Numbered from the stretch's first letter, positions 1 to 14,749 are shown. The stretch is DNA of 64,000 bases from Narcine bancroftii (GCF_036971445.1 NC_091482.1:23994001-24058000); one strand, 5' to 3'. Notes: generated by a model from the sequence alone, not told the origin. Numbers and translations are program-made.

Positions 1-80
1 CGCTGTCTGTAAGGAGTTCATTACGTTCTCCCTTGTCTGCGTGGGCTTTCCCCGGGGACTCTTGTTTCCTCCCCTGTTCG
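1..80 (+). mobile_element. V-SINE fragment
   Basis: V-core TCTGCGTGGG..TTTCCTCCC. Confidence 0.65.
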
Positions 81-123
81 AAGCAAAGAATTATAAAGTC
101 CTAACACGTGTAGCGCTGCTTAC

Positions 124-206
124 CTGGCTATTCCTCTGTGTTCAGCGTACCAGGCTGTTATCTTTTCTTCCCACATATCTGCTGTCATCTGATATTGTTT
201 CAAAAC
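124..206 (-). CDS. NF2: merlin/NF2-like coding exon 6 (FERM F2, blue-box region); gene continues beyond window start
   Basis: ttttag|[29 protein letters not shown]|gtaagc; 83 nt, matching the size and phase of NF2 exon 6. Confidence 0.93.
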
Positions 207-302
207 CTAAAACGTGCATCACAAAAAGTACATTTTCTGGCATTGAAAATGTGACCATATACCCTCTTGAGTTCAATGTTGCACATGTTTTTTTTTCCTC
301 GT

Positions 303-742
303 TTTTTTTTTTATTTTTATTTTTCACACTATGAACCATATTAACCAAAACACACACAAACATTTTCCTCTTGAATATAGTGTCATTTTCTCCCCTTTTT
401 CCCCCTCCCTTCTCTCCCTCCTTCCCACCCCCCCTCCCTACCCACTAAACATTCAACATATACAATAGAATAAACCCATTAAACAATGTCATCACACAAT
501 GAAAATAAATAAGAAAATTGTGTCATCTACTGTTACACACTGGGTCAGTTCATTTTGTCTTCTCATTCTATCACTTTAGGGGGTGGAGGTCCACGGTAGG
601 CCCTTTCTGTTGTGTTCCATGTACGGTTCCCAAATTTGTACGAATATTGTGACTTTATTTTTTAAATTATATGTTATTTTTTCCAATGGAATACATTTAT
701 TCATTTCTATGTACCATTGCTGTACTCTCAGGCTCTCTTCTG
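303..742 (-). mobile_element. L1/Tx1-type LINE 3' end with poly(A)
   Basis: C-terminal ...QQWYIEMNKCIPLEKITY...IWEPY; poly-T at ~303-320. Confidence 0.7.
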
Positions 743-1279
743 AACGTTGCACATGTTGAACGTGCTCAGTGAACAAAACAGACATAAAAATGCTGGAGAC
801 ACTCAGCAGGTCCTGCAGCACGGATAGGAGGCAAAGATATATACCGTATGTTGTGGCGCACAAGTCGGCCTTCAGATAAGTTGGGTCCCCATTATCAGCC
901 TCCATTCTAGCATCAAGAGAGCTGTTGAACATTACCAGAAGTCAGTTTTAAGTTAATGGAAGTGGCCAAGAAACCCGGCAACTGAGCGGCTGCGAGGACA
1001 TTTATTGTAAATTGGGTTCTTTTTCTGGTGCTTCAAGGGAATCTCGGTCAAGTAGTTCTTTTGAGTTGAATTTAAGGTCTCATTTTTGTATCTTGTGTCT
1101 AAGTAGACCCCTGTGCATTTTAAAGTGCTTTTTGAGGGTGTCAAGACTCAACTTATTCGTTGAAATTTTGGTTATTTTTTTTGCGTCCTATGGACGCTTA
1201 TGGACCTATTGAGTTATTGAGCATCCACAGAGTTTCTTGTTACACTTCAGTAAAATGGAGTGGCTCTAACAGTGGGCCG

Positions 1280-1803
1280 CATAACATAACAATTTACAGC
1301 ACGGAAACAGGCCATTAGGCCCTTCTAGTCCGCACCGAACCAAACACCCCTCTCTAGTCCCTCCTCCCTGCACAATGCCCATAACTCTCCATCTTCTTCT
1401 CATCCATATACCCGTCCAACCTTTTCTTAAATAATACAATTGACTCCGCCGCCACTATTTCTCCCGGAAGCTCATTCCACACGTCTACCATTCTCTGAGT
1501 AAAGAAGTTCCCCCTCATGTTACCTCTAAACGTCTGCCCCTTAATTCTTAACTCATGTCCTCTTGTTTTAATCTTTCCTCCTCTTAACGGAAATAGTCTA
1601 TCCACATCCACTCTGTCTATTCCTTTCATAATCTTAAATACTTCTATCAAATCCCCTCTCAACCTTCTATACTCCAAAGAATAAAGACCTAATCTGTCCA
1701 ATCTCTCCCTATACTCTAGATGCTTAAACCCAGGTAACATTCTGGTAAACCTTCTCTGCACTCTCTCCACTCTGTTTATATCCTTCCTATAATTAGGCGA
1801 CCA
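1280..1803 (-). mobile_element. CR1 LINE 3' fragment
   Basis: ORF 1354-1770 ERVQRRFTRMLPG...RRLRGDLIEVFK. Confidence 0.88.
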
Positions 1804-2369
1804 TGAATCTTCTTGTAAAACCCCTGGCTATGCCAACGGAGCAGAGTAAGGTTGAGCATGTTTTGTGCTAAGAAAAGATATGGATCACAGGACAGTCCTT
1901 ATACCACCTTCCATTCATTATTGTTTTGTCTTCAGTCAATTTCCATGGTCCTCTTTTCAATAAAAAGGTTCTGTAGCAGCCCTTCAATAGATTAACCAAT
2001 TATAAAAATAACAAAACCAGAGAAGATATAGAGAAAACTTTTTATTTTTAAAATAATCATTACAATCTGAAACACAGTAATTGAAAAGGAGATGGATAAT
2101 AGATTCAACATTAAACAATACTGGATAAATACTTAAAAGGAAAGACACAGCAGGGTAAAATAAGGAGAGCGGGATTAACATGATAAGAGTTCAGGGAGAC
2201 CCAGGAGTCCAAATAGCCTAACTCCACACTACAATTAATTTTTTTAGTTTCTTTGCAAAGTGTCAAAATCTTGGTTTAATGTATTGGAGAGGGATTAATA
2301 ATTTATATTATTTAATTTGCATATTCCATTTGATATTTTTAATAACTTTTATTTAATTAATTTTAATTT

Positions 2370-2570
2370 TACTTTACAGTAGCAGGCCCTTGGCCAGATT
2401 CACCCACGTGACCAACAATTCCGTACATCTTTGGAATGTGAGAGAACACCCGAAGAGAGCCCATGGAGACACAGGGAGAATGCACATACTCCTTATAGAG
2501 AGCACCCAATGCAAACCTGGTGCTGTAAGAGTGGTGTGCTAGCCCTTCCACTAAATGTGCCACCCCAGTA
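2370..2570 (-). mobile_element. V-SINE, degenerate
   Basis: reverse complement of the V-core and tRNA head. Confidence 0.6.
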
Positions 2571-2676
2571 CGAAGCTGTTCCTTTTTTTTTGAAAACATA
2601 ATCTTCACAGTTAAGATAAAAATTGATTAGTATAATTAATTATGTAGCAGCTAACACGGCAAGTTGCAGGACTTAC

Positions 2677-2745
2677 TCTTTTAGGTAGCAGTTCATCCTG
2701 AGCCAGGAAACCAGGCTTATGGAAATTTGGATCATAGTCTCCATA
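2677..2745 (-). CDS. NF2: merlin/NF2-like coding exon 5
   Basis: ttacag|[23 protein letters not shown]|gtaagt; 69 nt. Confidence 0.93.
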
Positions 2746-4440
2746 CTGTAAAGAAAACATATATAATTATTTAAAGTCACATGCAAATAAGTGACGTGTT
2801 TCAGGTCACTATATTGTGTATTTTTTTTCCTCATGTGAATTTTAATGATGACTAATCTCAATTAATAATTGATAGAAAAGTATGCACAGATACAACAGAT
2901 CAAATCAATACAATCGTTGGGACCACCAGCACTTAGATCTATCGTATTCACCACCTCCCTGTGTTACAAAATAAATGTAGGCCTCAAATTATTTAGACAG
3001 CCAATTATGAGAACCATTGTAAAGGACTCACTCCATCGCCCAAGTGTAGCAGAGAAGAGCCAAATCTATCAACAGCCACAGTCTTGTGCAGCTTTACAGG
3101 CAATGGGGCAAGAAAATATTTGAGACAGAAATAAATGCTCCCATACTGACACGAACCCCAGAAAATTAGAGGAACACCATGCCTAAAACAGAGGGGGTGA
3201 CTCTGGAAGCATTTTATTAACATCTGATTAATTTTATTGCAATATTTCCATCACCATTCACAAAACGTTGAGTGTTTTATTCAGCATGTGTGCATTCTAT
3301 TGAGCCTGTTACATGAGGAATTTACCAAATACAGAAGATCTTTTCAACAACTCCACTTCCGCCTGCTTTTCCCTCCATCAATACCCAAGGTCTCCTGGTA
3401 TCATTACATGATCCTTCAGAATGTCACCACAAGCACCACCACCCCCCACCGCAGTGGAAATACTGAATGTTTTCTCCATGATAGCAAGCTGAGCTGGAAT
3501 GTGTTGACCATTAGTTGGCAGGACTGTGTGTACTGGTTGCCCGGTTTCTCCATCGTCCACTGTGTTCCTCAAGCTCAGGTCTCAGAAATGCTTTGTATTT
3601 GGTCCCTTTTACACTAAACATAGCTAATATATCCATACAGAAAGGCAAAATTTATATATTATTTACATTTTAATTAATTTGCACATTTTGTTTTTGTAAA
3701 TGAAACATTTAATTAATTTATTTTAAAATAATATTCTTTCCCACCACCTCGATTATTTCCAAAAATCTCAGATCGCCAGAGATATTTTAACTATTTTAAC
3801 ACAGTGAAAAGGCTTTTCAGGAAACACAAGCTGTCAGTTCATTAGAATGGTCTATGGGCAAATCTTGAGTTCTCATCAGCTGTGGCTTCATTGACAATAA
3901 ACAGAAAGTTAGGTGAGAGACTGTGTGGCTACATGACACAGGCGAGAAGGTGGCAGATGGATTACCACATGGAGAAGTCATTACTAGGGAAAAACTGAAA
4001 AGCAGAATTAAAATGAAAAACCCTCAATTTTAATTTCTGGGGGGGACATGGGGATCAAGAGATACAAGGGTTCAGGAAGGAAACTGGTATGAAAGAGTCA
4101 CAAAGGAGAAAAATGTGGGAAGGAAAGAGAAGAGATACTTACTCAGGGAGTTCCAGAGTGTACAGCAGAGACATTTGTATCCCTTTCTCCCCCGCCCCCC
4201 AAAAAAAAATCCCAGCAAACCATGTCTAGGTCAAAGTTTTCTTACATTAATGCATTTAATGATGCTCAATGTATTCATATCGAACTTCTGTTAAGTGCAA
4301 ACCATAATAGTACTTTTTCTGCCCTGTGCTTTGCACCGAGAACATATATTTGTCTTTCATTTAACGAAAACTAAACCAATAGGAAAAGGCTGATGTGAAA
4401 GACATCTTTTCATCCTGACTTTCAATTAAGAAATTGTTTA

Positions 4441-4560
<120 letters not shown>

Positions 4561-5009
4561 TCAGATATTTCATTCCAGATTAAGAATCCATTCCTCAAGC
4601 ATGCGGTAATGCCAGCTTTTAATATGCGATATTGCCAGCGAAATACATTGGGACAAAATGGTTCATTAGTTATATCCAATGCCAAAGTTCTACATGCAAA
4701 AGTTGATTTTAAAAATCCCCAACAATATTGTATTTAAGTGGTGCACATAAACATGTTACTTTTAAATGTTTAAAATTAGATTTAGTTCAGTCCAACCATT
4801 GTTATTTAAATACATTTTCCATCACTTACATTTTTTTGCTGAAGGATCTTTTGTTTATCATTTACTCCATGTTTAAACATTTTCTTATCTCTGACGCTAT
4901 AATATTTACTCAATAGATGGATGAACACTCTTCCTTTACTTATCAACTTGTTATCAATGTTACTCTATTTTCCTCATCATGCCTGACTCACTGTAAAACA
5001 TTGTAAAAC

Positions 5010-7447
5010 ATTGATTGGGATACCCATACGGTTAGAGGGCTGGATGGGCTGGAGTTCGTTAAATGTGTTCAGGATTGTTTTCTAAATCAGTTAGTAGAAG
5101 AACCGACTCGGGACGGTGTAATACTGGATCTCCTGTTAGGGAACGAGCTAGGTCAGGTAGCGGACATTAATGTTGGAGAACCAATTCGATCTAGTGATCA
5201 TAATTCTGTTAGTTTTAGGGAAGAGCAAGGAGAGGCCTAAAGTTGAGGTTCTGGATTGGAAAAGAGCAAATCTCGAAGGAATAAGAAGGGATTTGGGGAG
5301 TATTGAGTGGAACAGGATATTTTCAGGTAAGGATGTTAATGAAAAATGGAGGATATTCAAAAAAGAAATTTTGAGGGTACGGAGTAGTTATGTCCCAGTG
5401 TGGATCAAAGGAAAGGCTGGAAGTCATAGGGAGGCTTGGTTTTGGAGGAATATTGGAAATTTGGTTAGGAGAAAAAGGGAGGTGTACAAGAGGTATAAAG
5501 AGCAGGGAGCTGAGAAGTTGAAGAAGGACTACAAGGAGTGTAGAAGGAATCTTAAGAAAGAAATTAGAAAGGCCAAAAAAAGGCATGAAGAAGCTTTGGC
5601 TGACAGAGTAAAAATAAATCCAAAGGGTTTCTATAAGTACATTAAAAGTAAAAGATTAGTGAGAGATAAAATTGGACCCCTTGTAGATAGCGAAGGTAGG
5701 CTGAGTGAGAAGTCTGAGGAAATGGGGGAAATTTTGAATGATTTCTTTGCCTCGGTATTCACTAGGGAAAAAAAATGTTGAACCAGTTGAAGTAAAGAAA
5801 AATAGTGGGGAGGTCATGAAGCATATAAGGATAACCCAGGAGGTAGTGATGGCTGTGTTAAAAAAGATAAAGGTGGATAAATCTCCCGGACCGGACAAAA
5901 TATTCCCTAGGACACTCAGGGAGGCTAGTGGACAGTTAGTGGGGCCATTAACAGAGATATTTAGGATGTCACTGGCCACGGGGGTGGTGCCAAAGGATTG
6001 GAGGATGGCGCATGTGGTTCCTCTGTTTAAGAAAGGGTCCAAATGCAAACCTGGGAATTATAGGCCTGAAAGTCTGATGTCTGTGGTGGGCAAGTTGATG
6101 GAAAGTGTTCTGAGGGATGCTATTTACAAATTTTTGGAGGTACAGGGATTGATAGGGAGTAATCAGCATGGTTTTGTCAGGGGTAGATCATGCTTGACAA
6201 ATCTGATTGAGTTCTTCGAGGGGGTTACAAAAAAGGTTGATGAAGGGAAAGCTGTGGATGTTGTCTATTTGGACTTTAGTAAAGCTTTTGACAAAGTTCC
6301 CCACAGGAGGTTAGGAAAAAAGGTGGAGGCATTAGGTATAAATAAAGAGGTAGTGAAATGGATTCAGCAGTGGTTGGATGGGAGGTGTCAGAGAGTAGTG
6401 GTAGAAAATTATTTGTCCAATTGGAGGCCGGTGACTAGTGGAGTTCCTCATGGTTCGGTCCTGGGTCCACTATTATTTGTTATATATATTAACGATCTGG
6501 ATGTAGGGGTGGAGAATTGGATAAGCAAGTTTGTGGATGACACAAAGATTGGTGGTGTTGTGGACAGTGAGGTAGATTACTGTAGATTAAAAGGTGATTT
6601 AGAAAGGCTGGAGGTGTGGGCTGAGAAATGGCTGATGGAATTTAATACAGATAAATGTGAGGTGCTACATTTTGAAAAGGCAAATTTAAACAGGTCATAT
6701 ACATTGAATGGTAGACAATTGAGGAGTGCAGAGCAACAAAGGGATTTAGGAGTTATGGTAAATAGTACCCTCAAGGCTGATACTCAGGTAGATGGTGTGG
6801 TGAAGAAGGCATTTGGAATGTTGGCCTTCATAAATTGGAGTATTGAATTCAAGAGTAGGGAGGTTATGATGAAATTGTACAAGGCATTGGTGAGGCCAAA
6901 TTTGGAGTACTGTGTACAGTTTTGGTCACCAAATTATAGGAAAGATATAAACAAAATAGAGAGAGTGCAGAGAAGGTTCACGAGAATGTTGACAGGATTT
7001 CAGGGTCTGAGTTACAGGGAAAGGTTGTGCAGACTTGGGCTTTTTTCTCTGGAGCGTAGAAGATTGAGAGGGGACTTGATCGAGGTGTTTAAGATTTTAA
7101 AAGGGACAGACAGAGTAAATGTGGATAGGCTTTTTCAATTAAGAAAGGGGGAGATTCAAACTAGAGGACATGGTTTAAGATTGAAGGGGGAAAATTATAA
7201 GGGGAACATGAGGGGAAATTTCTTTACTCAGAGGGTGGTGGGGATGTGGAATGAGCTTCCGGCAGACGTGGTCGAGGCGGGATCATTGGTTACATTTAAG
7301 GAAAGACTGGATCGTTACATGCATAGGAGGGGACTAGAGGGGTATGGACTGGGTGCTGGTCAGTGGGACTAGGAGGGTGGGGATTTGCTACGGCATGGAC
7401 TAGTAGGGCCGAACTGGCCTGTTCTGTGCTGTAAGTGGTTATATGGT
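5010..7447 (+). mobile_element. 5'-truncated CR1-clade LINE with nearly intact RT
   Basis: ORFs 5170-5781 and 5738-7372 joined by a frameshift in an A-run; KSPGPD, YLDFSKAFDKVPH, FVDD, RRLRGDLIEVFK; CR1-type 3' UTR. Confidence 0.93.
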
Positions 7448-8229
7448 AAAAAAAATAAAACTCTGACAGTCCATTCCCAATCATAACTGGACACAGCTTT
7501 CTATCAATCAGACAAATCTATTATATAACATACAATTAAGTAGGTCACTATTCATGCACAAGCATAATTTTCCAGTTGCTTCAGTCTTTATTCCTAACCA
7601 TTCCACTGTGTTGGCCAATACTTAAAGATGATCCACAAATTTACTTGTGCAGTACAGCAGTTCCTCCTTTACTTTAATTTCTCTACTAAGCTAACTAACA
7701 GCAGTTTAAAGTTTGTAGTCTTAAATAATTAAAAATCAGTATTGCCTGACTTGTGGATCCATCCCTTAGACCTAACAATTTTGTTTCCCATGCTTCACTT
7801 TAACCTTTCATGAATCTTTATCTCTATTCAGTCCTTCCAAGTTTGTTTTTTATGACTATCTTCTCAATTATATACACACTCTCACTCATTTAATATATAT
7901 TAACATGGTAAATGCAGCCTCACTCAAGTTTTAAGAATAAATTGGATAGATACATGGATGGGAGAGGTCTGGAGGGTTATGGACTGGGTACAGGTCAATG
8001 GGACTAACAGAATATTTTGACATGGATTAGAAAGGCCAAATGGCATACTTCCTGTGCTGTAGTCTATGTTTTTTTATATATGTGTAGAGTTCATGTATCT
8101 CACTTACACACACTATATATAGGGAGAGAGAGAGTGAGTGTGTGTGTATGATACACTCACTACATATATATAGGTAGAGTGGTGTGTGTGTTTTACATAT
8201 ATGCACACACACTCTATATATATATAAAA

Positions 8230-8525
8230 GTGTATTAATCACACACACTCTATAGTGTGTTAATCACACAAACTCTCTATAGTATGTTAATCACATGCTC
8301 TCTCTATAGTATGTTAATCACACACTCTCTATAGTATGTTAATCTCACACACACTCTCTCTATAGTATGTTAATCACACACACTCTCTCTATAGTATGTC
8401 AATCACACTCTTTCTCACTAGTATGTTAATCACACACACTCTCTCTATAGTATGTTAATCACACACACACACTCTCTCTCTCTCTCTCTCTAGTATGTTA
8501 ATCTCACACACACACACTCTCTCTC
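8230..8525. repeat. minisatellite CTCTCTATAGTATGTTAATCACACA, variable unit length
   Basis: direct inspection. Confidence 0.85.
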
Positions 8526-8787
8526 ACTACCTTGGTCCAGTAAAAGTGCCAGTTCCAGTTGATCCTCATCAATTTGTGAGACCTCCAAGTTTCAAATAAT
8601 TTTTAAATCTGATTGGCCCCCCAAAAAAAAATCACTAATCTAATTCTGATCCAACCAGTACCATGCACCAAATTTCAAAAGAACATAATAAATAGGAGCA
8701 GGAGTCAGCCATCTGATCCTTTTAGCCTTCTTTGCCCACATTCTACAAGGTTGATCTGGGCATGGACCCAGTTCCACTTACCTGCTT

Positions 8788-8910
8788 TTCCCCATTATCC
8801 ATAATTCCCCATTATCCATAATTCTCCATTATCCATAATTCCCCATTATCCATAATTCCCCATTATCCATAATTCCCCATTATCCATAATTCCCCATTAT
8901 CCATAATTCC
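8788..8910. repeat. 17-bp minisatellite (TTCCCCATTATCCATAA) x~7
   Basis: direct inspection. Confidence 0.9.
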
Positions 8911-9258
8911 GCTACTCTGCAAAAAATATATCTGTGTCATAAATATATTTAATGAGCGGGCTCCTCCTTTGGAGAAAGAATTCCACAGATTCACTACTCT
9001 TTCTCATCTTAGTCTTAAATCTACACCCCCGAATCACCCTTCTCTTGACTGCAATGCTAAGGACACAAAACCAAAGCAGAATTATCTTACTTTAATCTTT
9101 CAATACCTATTCCATCATAAAATTATAGATAGCATGACTAGATCTGCCTGGAACCAACCGAATAGCTGGACCTGCTGCCCATGGTCCCTGCCGCTTGCAC
9201 TGGATACATAAGGCTGGAAAACCTCTTAAACAAAACTAACGTACAGAAGGACACATAC

Positions 9259-9381
9259 CTGCAGGAAGAAAAGGTGCTGGGTGATTTCTTGAACAAGTTC
9301 TTCTTCCACTTTCTCAGGATAAAATTTGGCCAGGAAGTGAAATGTAATTGGGTCCTCCTTGGGAACCTCTTGATCTAGTAC
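9259..9381 (-). CDS. NF2: merlin/NF2-like coding exon 3
   Basis: aagcag|[41 protein letters not shown]|gtatgt; 123 nt. Confidence 0.94.
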
Positions 9382-10503
9382 CTGCTTACGGTGATAAAGC
9401 AACAAACAAATTCTTCCAGTAATTCAAATAGAAAATAGTACTATTAATGGTTACTTTAAAATTTAACTACATTTAAAAAATTAAAATCAATATAGTTGCA
9501 TGACAACTTGAATTACAACAGTTTGTGACAGGAATTGTATCGATAAATGGATACAAGAAATTATATGTCAGAGGCATTAGAATGTAGTTAAGCCTATCCT
9601 CACAGAGGGGAAAGAGAAAAGTGAAATATACAATCACCTTAGGTCCCTCTTATACATACATCCAAGTTGAAAGCTATCATGTGGTACAACATTTTTAGTT
9701 AAATTAAACTGTCAATTAAATCAACGATGTTAAAGGAATTAAAAGAGCAAGCATAACTGGAACATCATCTTCGCCAAACATTATTGCTGATTATGAAGAC
9801 AGTTCCCTTGCAAGTGACAAAGATGTTTTGAAGCTTATTATTAAAACAAAGCACAAAATTTCAAAGATAATTTTATGAAGCAAAAGATAGCACAGACACC
9901 AATCATTAGGACTCCAAATTAACCCCATTGCTACCCTTTCACAATCGTTGCCTGTCTTGAATAACGCTGCACACATTTTCTGCTATCAGTTGTCCACAAA
10001 TTTCCATGCAACTTCCATTGTTTATTAGTAATTTCCATTACCACTGTCCATTGCTTTCCAATGAGTGACGTAATAGACCCCAACAGTCAAGCCACAGAAT
10101 CTATTAGCTTGTCCAGCATGACCATTGATGCTTATTTGGCACGGTGCAATAAAGATAGTAGGTGTCCATTCAAATCCATATCAGATGCACTACAATTCTG
10201 AATTTTGACACATTTGTTGGAATTTTCCTAAAATTTAATCGAAATCCCAATCCAGTTTTATGCTTCAGAAAACATTTGAATTTGTGCAGTTTAATAGTCT
10301 GATATTTACTAAAAATATTTAAACTGTGATCTTGTAAAATATTTTGGTTAAAATTTTCTCCATACATATAGTAGTCAAAGACTAATATAATACAAATTGC
10401 AAAAACAAGCTAGTACTTGACACTTCATAGTTTTAGACATTCAAGTGTAAAATTTCTTGATTTCTACAAGCAATAGAATATTTTTAATGAAAACAATACC
10501 AAC

Positions 10504-10629
10504 CCTTTTCTCCATTTTTAACCATGCAGATGTATCTTTTACAACGTATCGTAGTCCAAAAAACCACGTTTCTCGCAACCCAATTGTTCGACATACGAGG
10601 TCAAAGAGGTCTTTCCCTTTCCACTTCAC
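10504..10629 (-). CDS. NF2: merlin/NF2-like coding exon 2
   Basis: gttag|[42 protein letters not shown]|gttggt; 126 nt. Confidence 0.94.
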
Positions 10630-13106
10630 CTAACAATGCAAATAAAAATAAGCGTGAGCCAAAGAGCTGAATTCCAGAGGTGGCTGTCCTTCAGTCAGGA
10701 CAGAGCACGGCATCAAGATGTTCTTACACAACTGAAATCAATGAACAAAGGAAGATTATCCTGGTTGGTGGAAACCAATTATTGCAGCTCTAATGTAACC
10801 AGGAGATCCACAGGTCCGTAGCCTAGGTCCAACCACCTTCTGCTGCTTCATCAAAGGGTCTCATGTTGACCCTAATTTTGCGAATCGTTAGCAAATAAAG
10901 TGGGCTTTGCCCTTTCACGCAAGAAAATCTTGAAGCATGCGCGGCAGATAACATCTCGGACACAAGAATAAAAGGCAATAACGTTCTCCAAAAAGATGGT
11001 CTAACCACCCATCTTCAAATTCAATGGCATCACCAAAGAGCCCACCGCTAACACCTCATGAGTCACTATTGACCAGAAACTCAATTAGTTTGGCCACAGA
11101 AATATTCCGGTGGTCCACCATCTCCTTCCTAATAGAAAAATTGCAGGCGGCAATCGATCCTAGCAACGCTCAGATCCCAAAATGAATGAGTAAAAAATGC
11201 CTGTGGTGTGAAGGAATGTAAACGGGGATCCTAATCACAAGTTCATACATTAAACAAAGAGGAATGTACCCAATAATTAACTGTCAATTACCATCATCCC
11301 TGCTGGAAAGTCTGCTGCTTCAGTGCTTGATAAAACCATCCATGATGTTCAAATACCTTGGCACTCATCATCAGAAAATATTGCCAAGAGTTCCTAATAC
11401 TAGGAAACAATACTCCAGCATGAATTAGCACTTGCTCGGGAATCAGAAGAAAAAGGATATTAAAAAAGTGAAATTGGTCAGGGCTAATAATTTTGTTAGA
11501 AAGAAACATGCTTAAATAAGCACAGGATGTACCTGAAATAAAACTCAGAAGTAACAAAAATGAAAAGTATTCTGAAAGAACTTCATTATCTTTTTATTTG
11601 GGAAAGTTAGGATTGGTTTCAAGTATAAACATTTTATAGATGTGTACAAATCCCTGAAGATATATTTCATTAAAAACAAGAACAGATGCCAATCAGACAT
11701 TTTATCTTTCTTAATGTTGGATAGATATTCCAATTCAGTGACCTTATTTATTTTGTCCTCTAACATTCATGTATATAATACAAATAGGCTATTTGAAATC
11801 ATGCCATAATTATACCTTCAGGATTGCAATGAGTATATTTACTTTCCGCAACTCTGCCAGTCGGTTTGTGCTGAGGGCCTCGTGAATTCCCCACAAGTGG
11901 GGAATTGACCTGAAGTAATAGATTCTCAGGCCACAACCCCACACCATCCCAATGATCTTTTTGACAAAATTGTTTACATCTCTGATAATTGGAGTCATTA
12001 AAAAGCTATTCAAAATAAAAATAATAAACTTTAAAAATACCAGAAAATAAGCAATATATACTAACAAAAATCCCTCACCTTTTTGGCACTCTGTAGCGAT
12101 GATAGCCAACAAATATACACTACTGTAAATCAACATTTTGTTTCCTGTTAATATAAATATTTAATTTGCTGCCTGGATCACAATCCAACATCAACATTAG
12201 AAACAACAACACTGGAAAATGTATTTGATACTTGAAAAGTGGCAAATAAAAGAGATTAAATGTAAGTAAAGAATGAGGGTGTATTTATATTCCACTATCA
12301 GCATTTGAATGTATCAATGTACTCCTCATATGAAGTTACTTTTGAAGTATTAAAAAGTCACGTTCTCAGAAGGCTAATCAGAAAATCTTAAGAGATAAAA
12401 TGACATTTATCAAAGAATATTTAAAATTACTTACCAACTCTAGATACACAATTACAGCCATCCTTTTTAATAAATTAAATCCAAGATTAAAAATTCATAG
12501 CAAAATACACATTCTTCTCCATTTTTGTTTACAATAGATAATTAAGGAACTGTTTGTTGCATTTTGAAATAATGCTTTCATTGCTATGGCATAACTATAA
12601 TTTATATCAGATTTTTTTGTATGTTGGACCAGTGATGTTCCTCAGCAGGTTTCATTTGACCCTAATTTTGCAATTGGCTATTTAAGCAAATTGGTAACAT
12701 CGCACCTCAATGAGATGGTTGCTGGTACAAACAAACACCACTCCAGGGTTCTGAGCATTATATCTGGGTCATACTGCCATGCTAAAGAATGCTGCATTGT
12801 TAGAAATGCCATATTTCAGTTGAATTAATGCAAAGAGTTCAACTCTCTCTGAAGTTAAACACAAGATTCAGATGCACTATTTGTAAAGGAGGATGCTATC
12901 CCCACCTCCCAACAAAAGTGTCACATCCCAGAACCTCTACATAATTACCATGGCCAGAAACTAACCAATCTGCCAAAATACTTTGCTCTACTCAAATCAT
13001 TTGCGGCTCTTCCCTCCATAACAACAATGACATTTTAAAATACTTGAATAATCCAAGGGCACAACATAATTTTTTTTTAATGTCTAAAACAGAAACTAAC
13101 TCTTAC

Positions 13107-13196
13107 CTCACAGCTGAATTCCATTTCTGCATCCATAGTAATAACCTTAACTTTAAAAGTTTTAGGTTGCTTTTTCTTTAACACCATTATCGACAT
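13107..13196 (-). CDS. NF2: merlin/NF2-like first coding exon (exon begins at 13242 after an acceptor)
   Basis: [33 protein letters not shown]|gtaaga; acceptor ttttccag at 13243-13250 implies an upstream non-coding exon. Confidence 0.92.
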
Positions 13197-13414
13197 TTTC
13201 TTCTAAATCCTTTGAGGGTATTCTTTAAGTGCAATTTTAAACCTGGAAAATGAAATCAATATTAATATTAAGTGTACAAGAGACCATTTACCGATTCAAT
13301 GACTACATAGACACATTGTTCACATGTGCTCTACATCTAAACTCTAGCATGGATAAGTGATATTTCTTTTATAAGCTTTGATAAAATGTTAGCCAGGGTT
13401 TTTAAATGACTTAA

Positions 13415-13595
13415 AAGTAAAAACACAATGGTGGAAAAACTCAGCAGATCAAACTGTGTCCTTTATATTGCAGAGATAAAAATACATAACTGACGTTTCA
13501 GGCTATATCTTTAGGACACTGTTTGACCTATTGAGTTCCTCCAGCCTTGTGTTTTTACTTCAACCATGGTGTCTTAAGCCTTTTGTGTTTTACTT
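13415..13595. mobile_element. short fold-back Penelope-derived repeat
   Basis: same arms as 21218-21290, arranged as a hairpin. Confidence 0.55.
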
Positions 13596-13932
13596 TCAAA
13601 TGACTTGGAAGTCCTTCTAAATCTCCACTCTATCAATCTATGAGCACAGAATGCTGCATTTTTGCTTACAATAGATGTGGATTTTTGGTTGGAATGATCT
13701 TTAACATAGTCCAAAATGATAAAAGGGAGAAGCATCAGGAAATTACATATGAAGCCTTAGCTTTTGTACCAGTGCAATAATCAACTGAAGTTTTCAAGAA
13801 AAGCAGATCATGATAGGTGTACCTCAAATGTTAAACTACAAGTGGATAAACAGTGAAGTAAGCTTCATTTTAGGATATGCAACTGGCGTTCAAAGCAGCC
13901 CTTTCTGTACTTCTTCAAACCCTAGGTTCATA

Positions 13933-13935
<3 letters not shown>

Positions 13936-13977
<42 letters not shown>
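13936..13977. repeat. (CA)n microsatellite
   Basis: direct inspection. Confidence 0.95.
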
Positions 13978-13979
<2 letters not shown>

Positions 13980-14057
13980 AGCAGTGAGCTGTCAGATGGA
14001 ATTTAATCCAAAGTATAAAGTGATGGACTCTGAGAAATCACCACTGGTACATCCAGG

Positions 14058-14600
14058 GTCATAGCCAAATTCTAAAGTTAGGGGGAGCGATAGAACCATA
14101 CCCTTTAATTGCGTTGTTTGGTTTCTCTCGTGAACCAGATATACCTCTGTCTACAACCCAAGAGAAAGTTTTAGCTTTTATCTCATTGATAGCCAGATGA
14201 GCAATTTTATTGAAATGGAAAGATGACCCTTCACCAACCATACACAGTAGTTACATGATGTTATGTCCTATTTAAGTTGGGAGAAAATTAGATACAACAT
14301 TAAAGATAGAAAGTTTCAATTTGACAAGATGTGGGACCTATTCATAGATTACTACCATAATTGGAAGATTAAATAAGTCTGGATGGTCCAGACACTCCCT
14401 CCAGTGTCTGAAGGTCACTATTCAATCCATATCTTCACAATTTTTACAAGTTAATCTTGTTTTTCTTTTGTTTTAAATTAACTTGTCAAATATAGGTTTA
14501 AATATTGTTGTCATAGATCATATCATTAAATAAGGTAGAATTTTCCCTTTGTTTAGTTAAAGGGATTGTTTAATTTTTATTTATTTTCTATCCAGACCTA
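14058..14600 (+). mobile_element. degenerate L1/Tx1-type 3' fragment
   Basis: remnant ...ILLKWKD...LHDVMSY...EKIRY and AT-rich 3' UTR. Confidence 0.5.
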
Positions 14601-14666
14601 TTTTTGAATACCTTATGAGAAAGAGAAAGACTATTAATTACCATATTGATAGAATTTAATGTTGCA

Positions 14667-14667
<1 letters not shown>

Positions 14668-14748
<81 letters not shown>
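14668..14748. repeat. (CA)n microsatellite
   Basis: direct inspection. Confidence 0.95.

Positions 14749-14749
<1 letters not shown>

Noticed and set aside
849-1286. Possible solo LTR (TGTTGTGG...CATAACA); similar case at 42807-43076
   Set aside because: No TSD and ambiguous boundaries, so the call cannot be supported by eye.
5738-7372. 544-aa ORF as a host gene or active element
   Set aside because: It is a 5'-truncated, frameshifted CR1 ORF2 lacking most of the endonuclease and any promoter.
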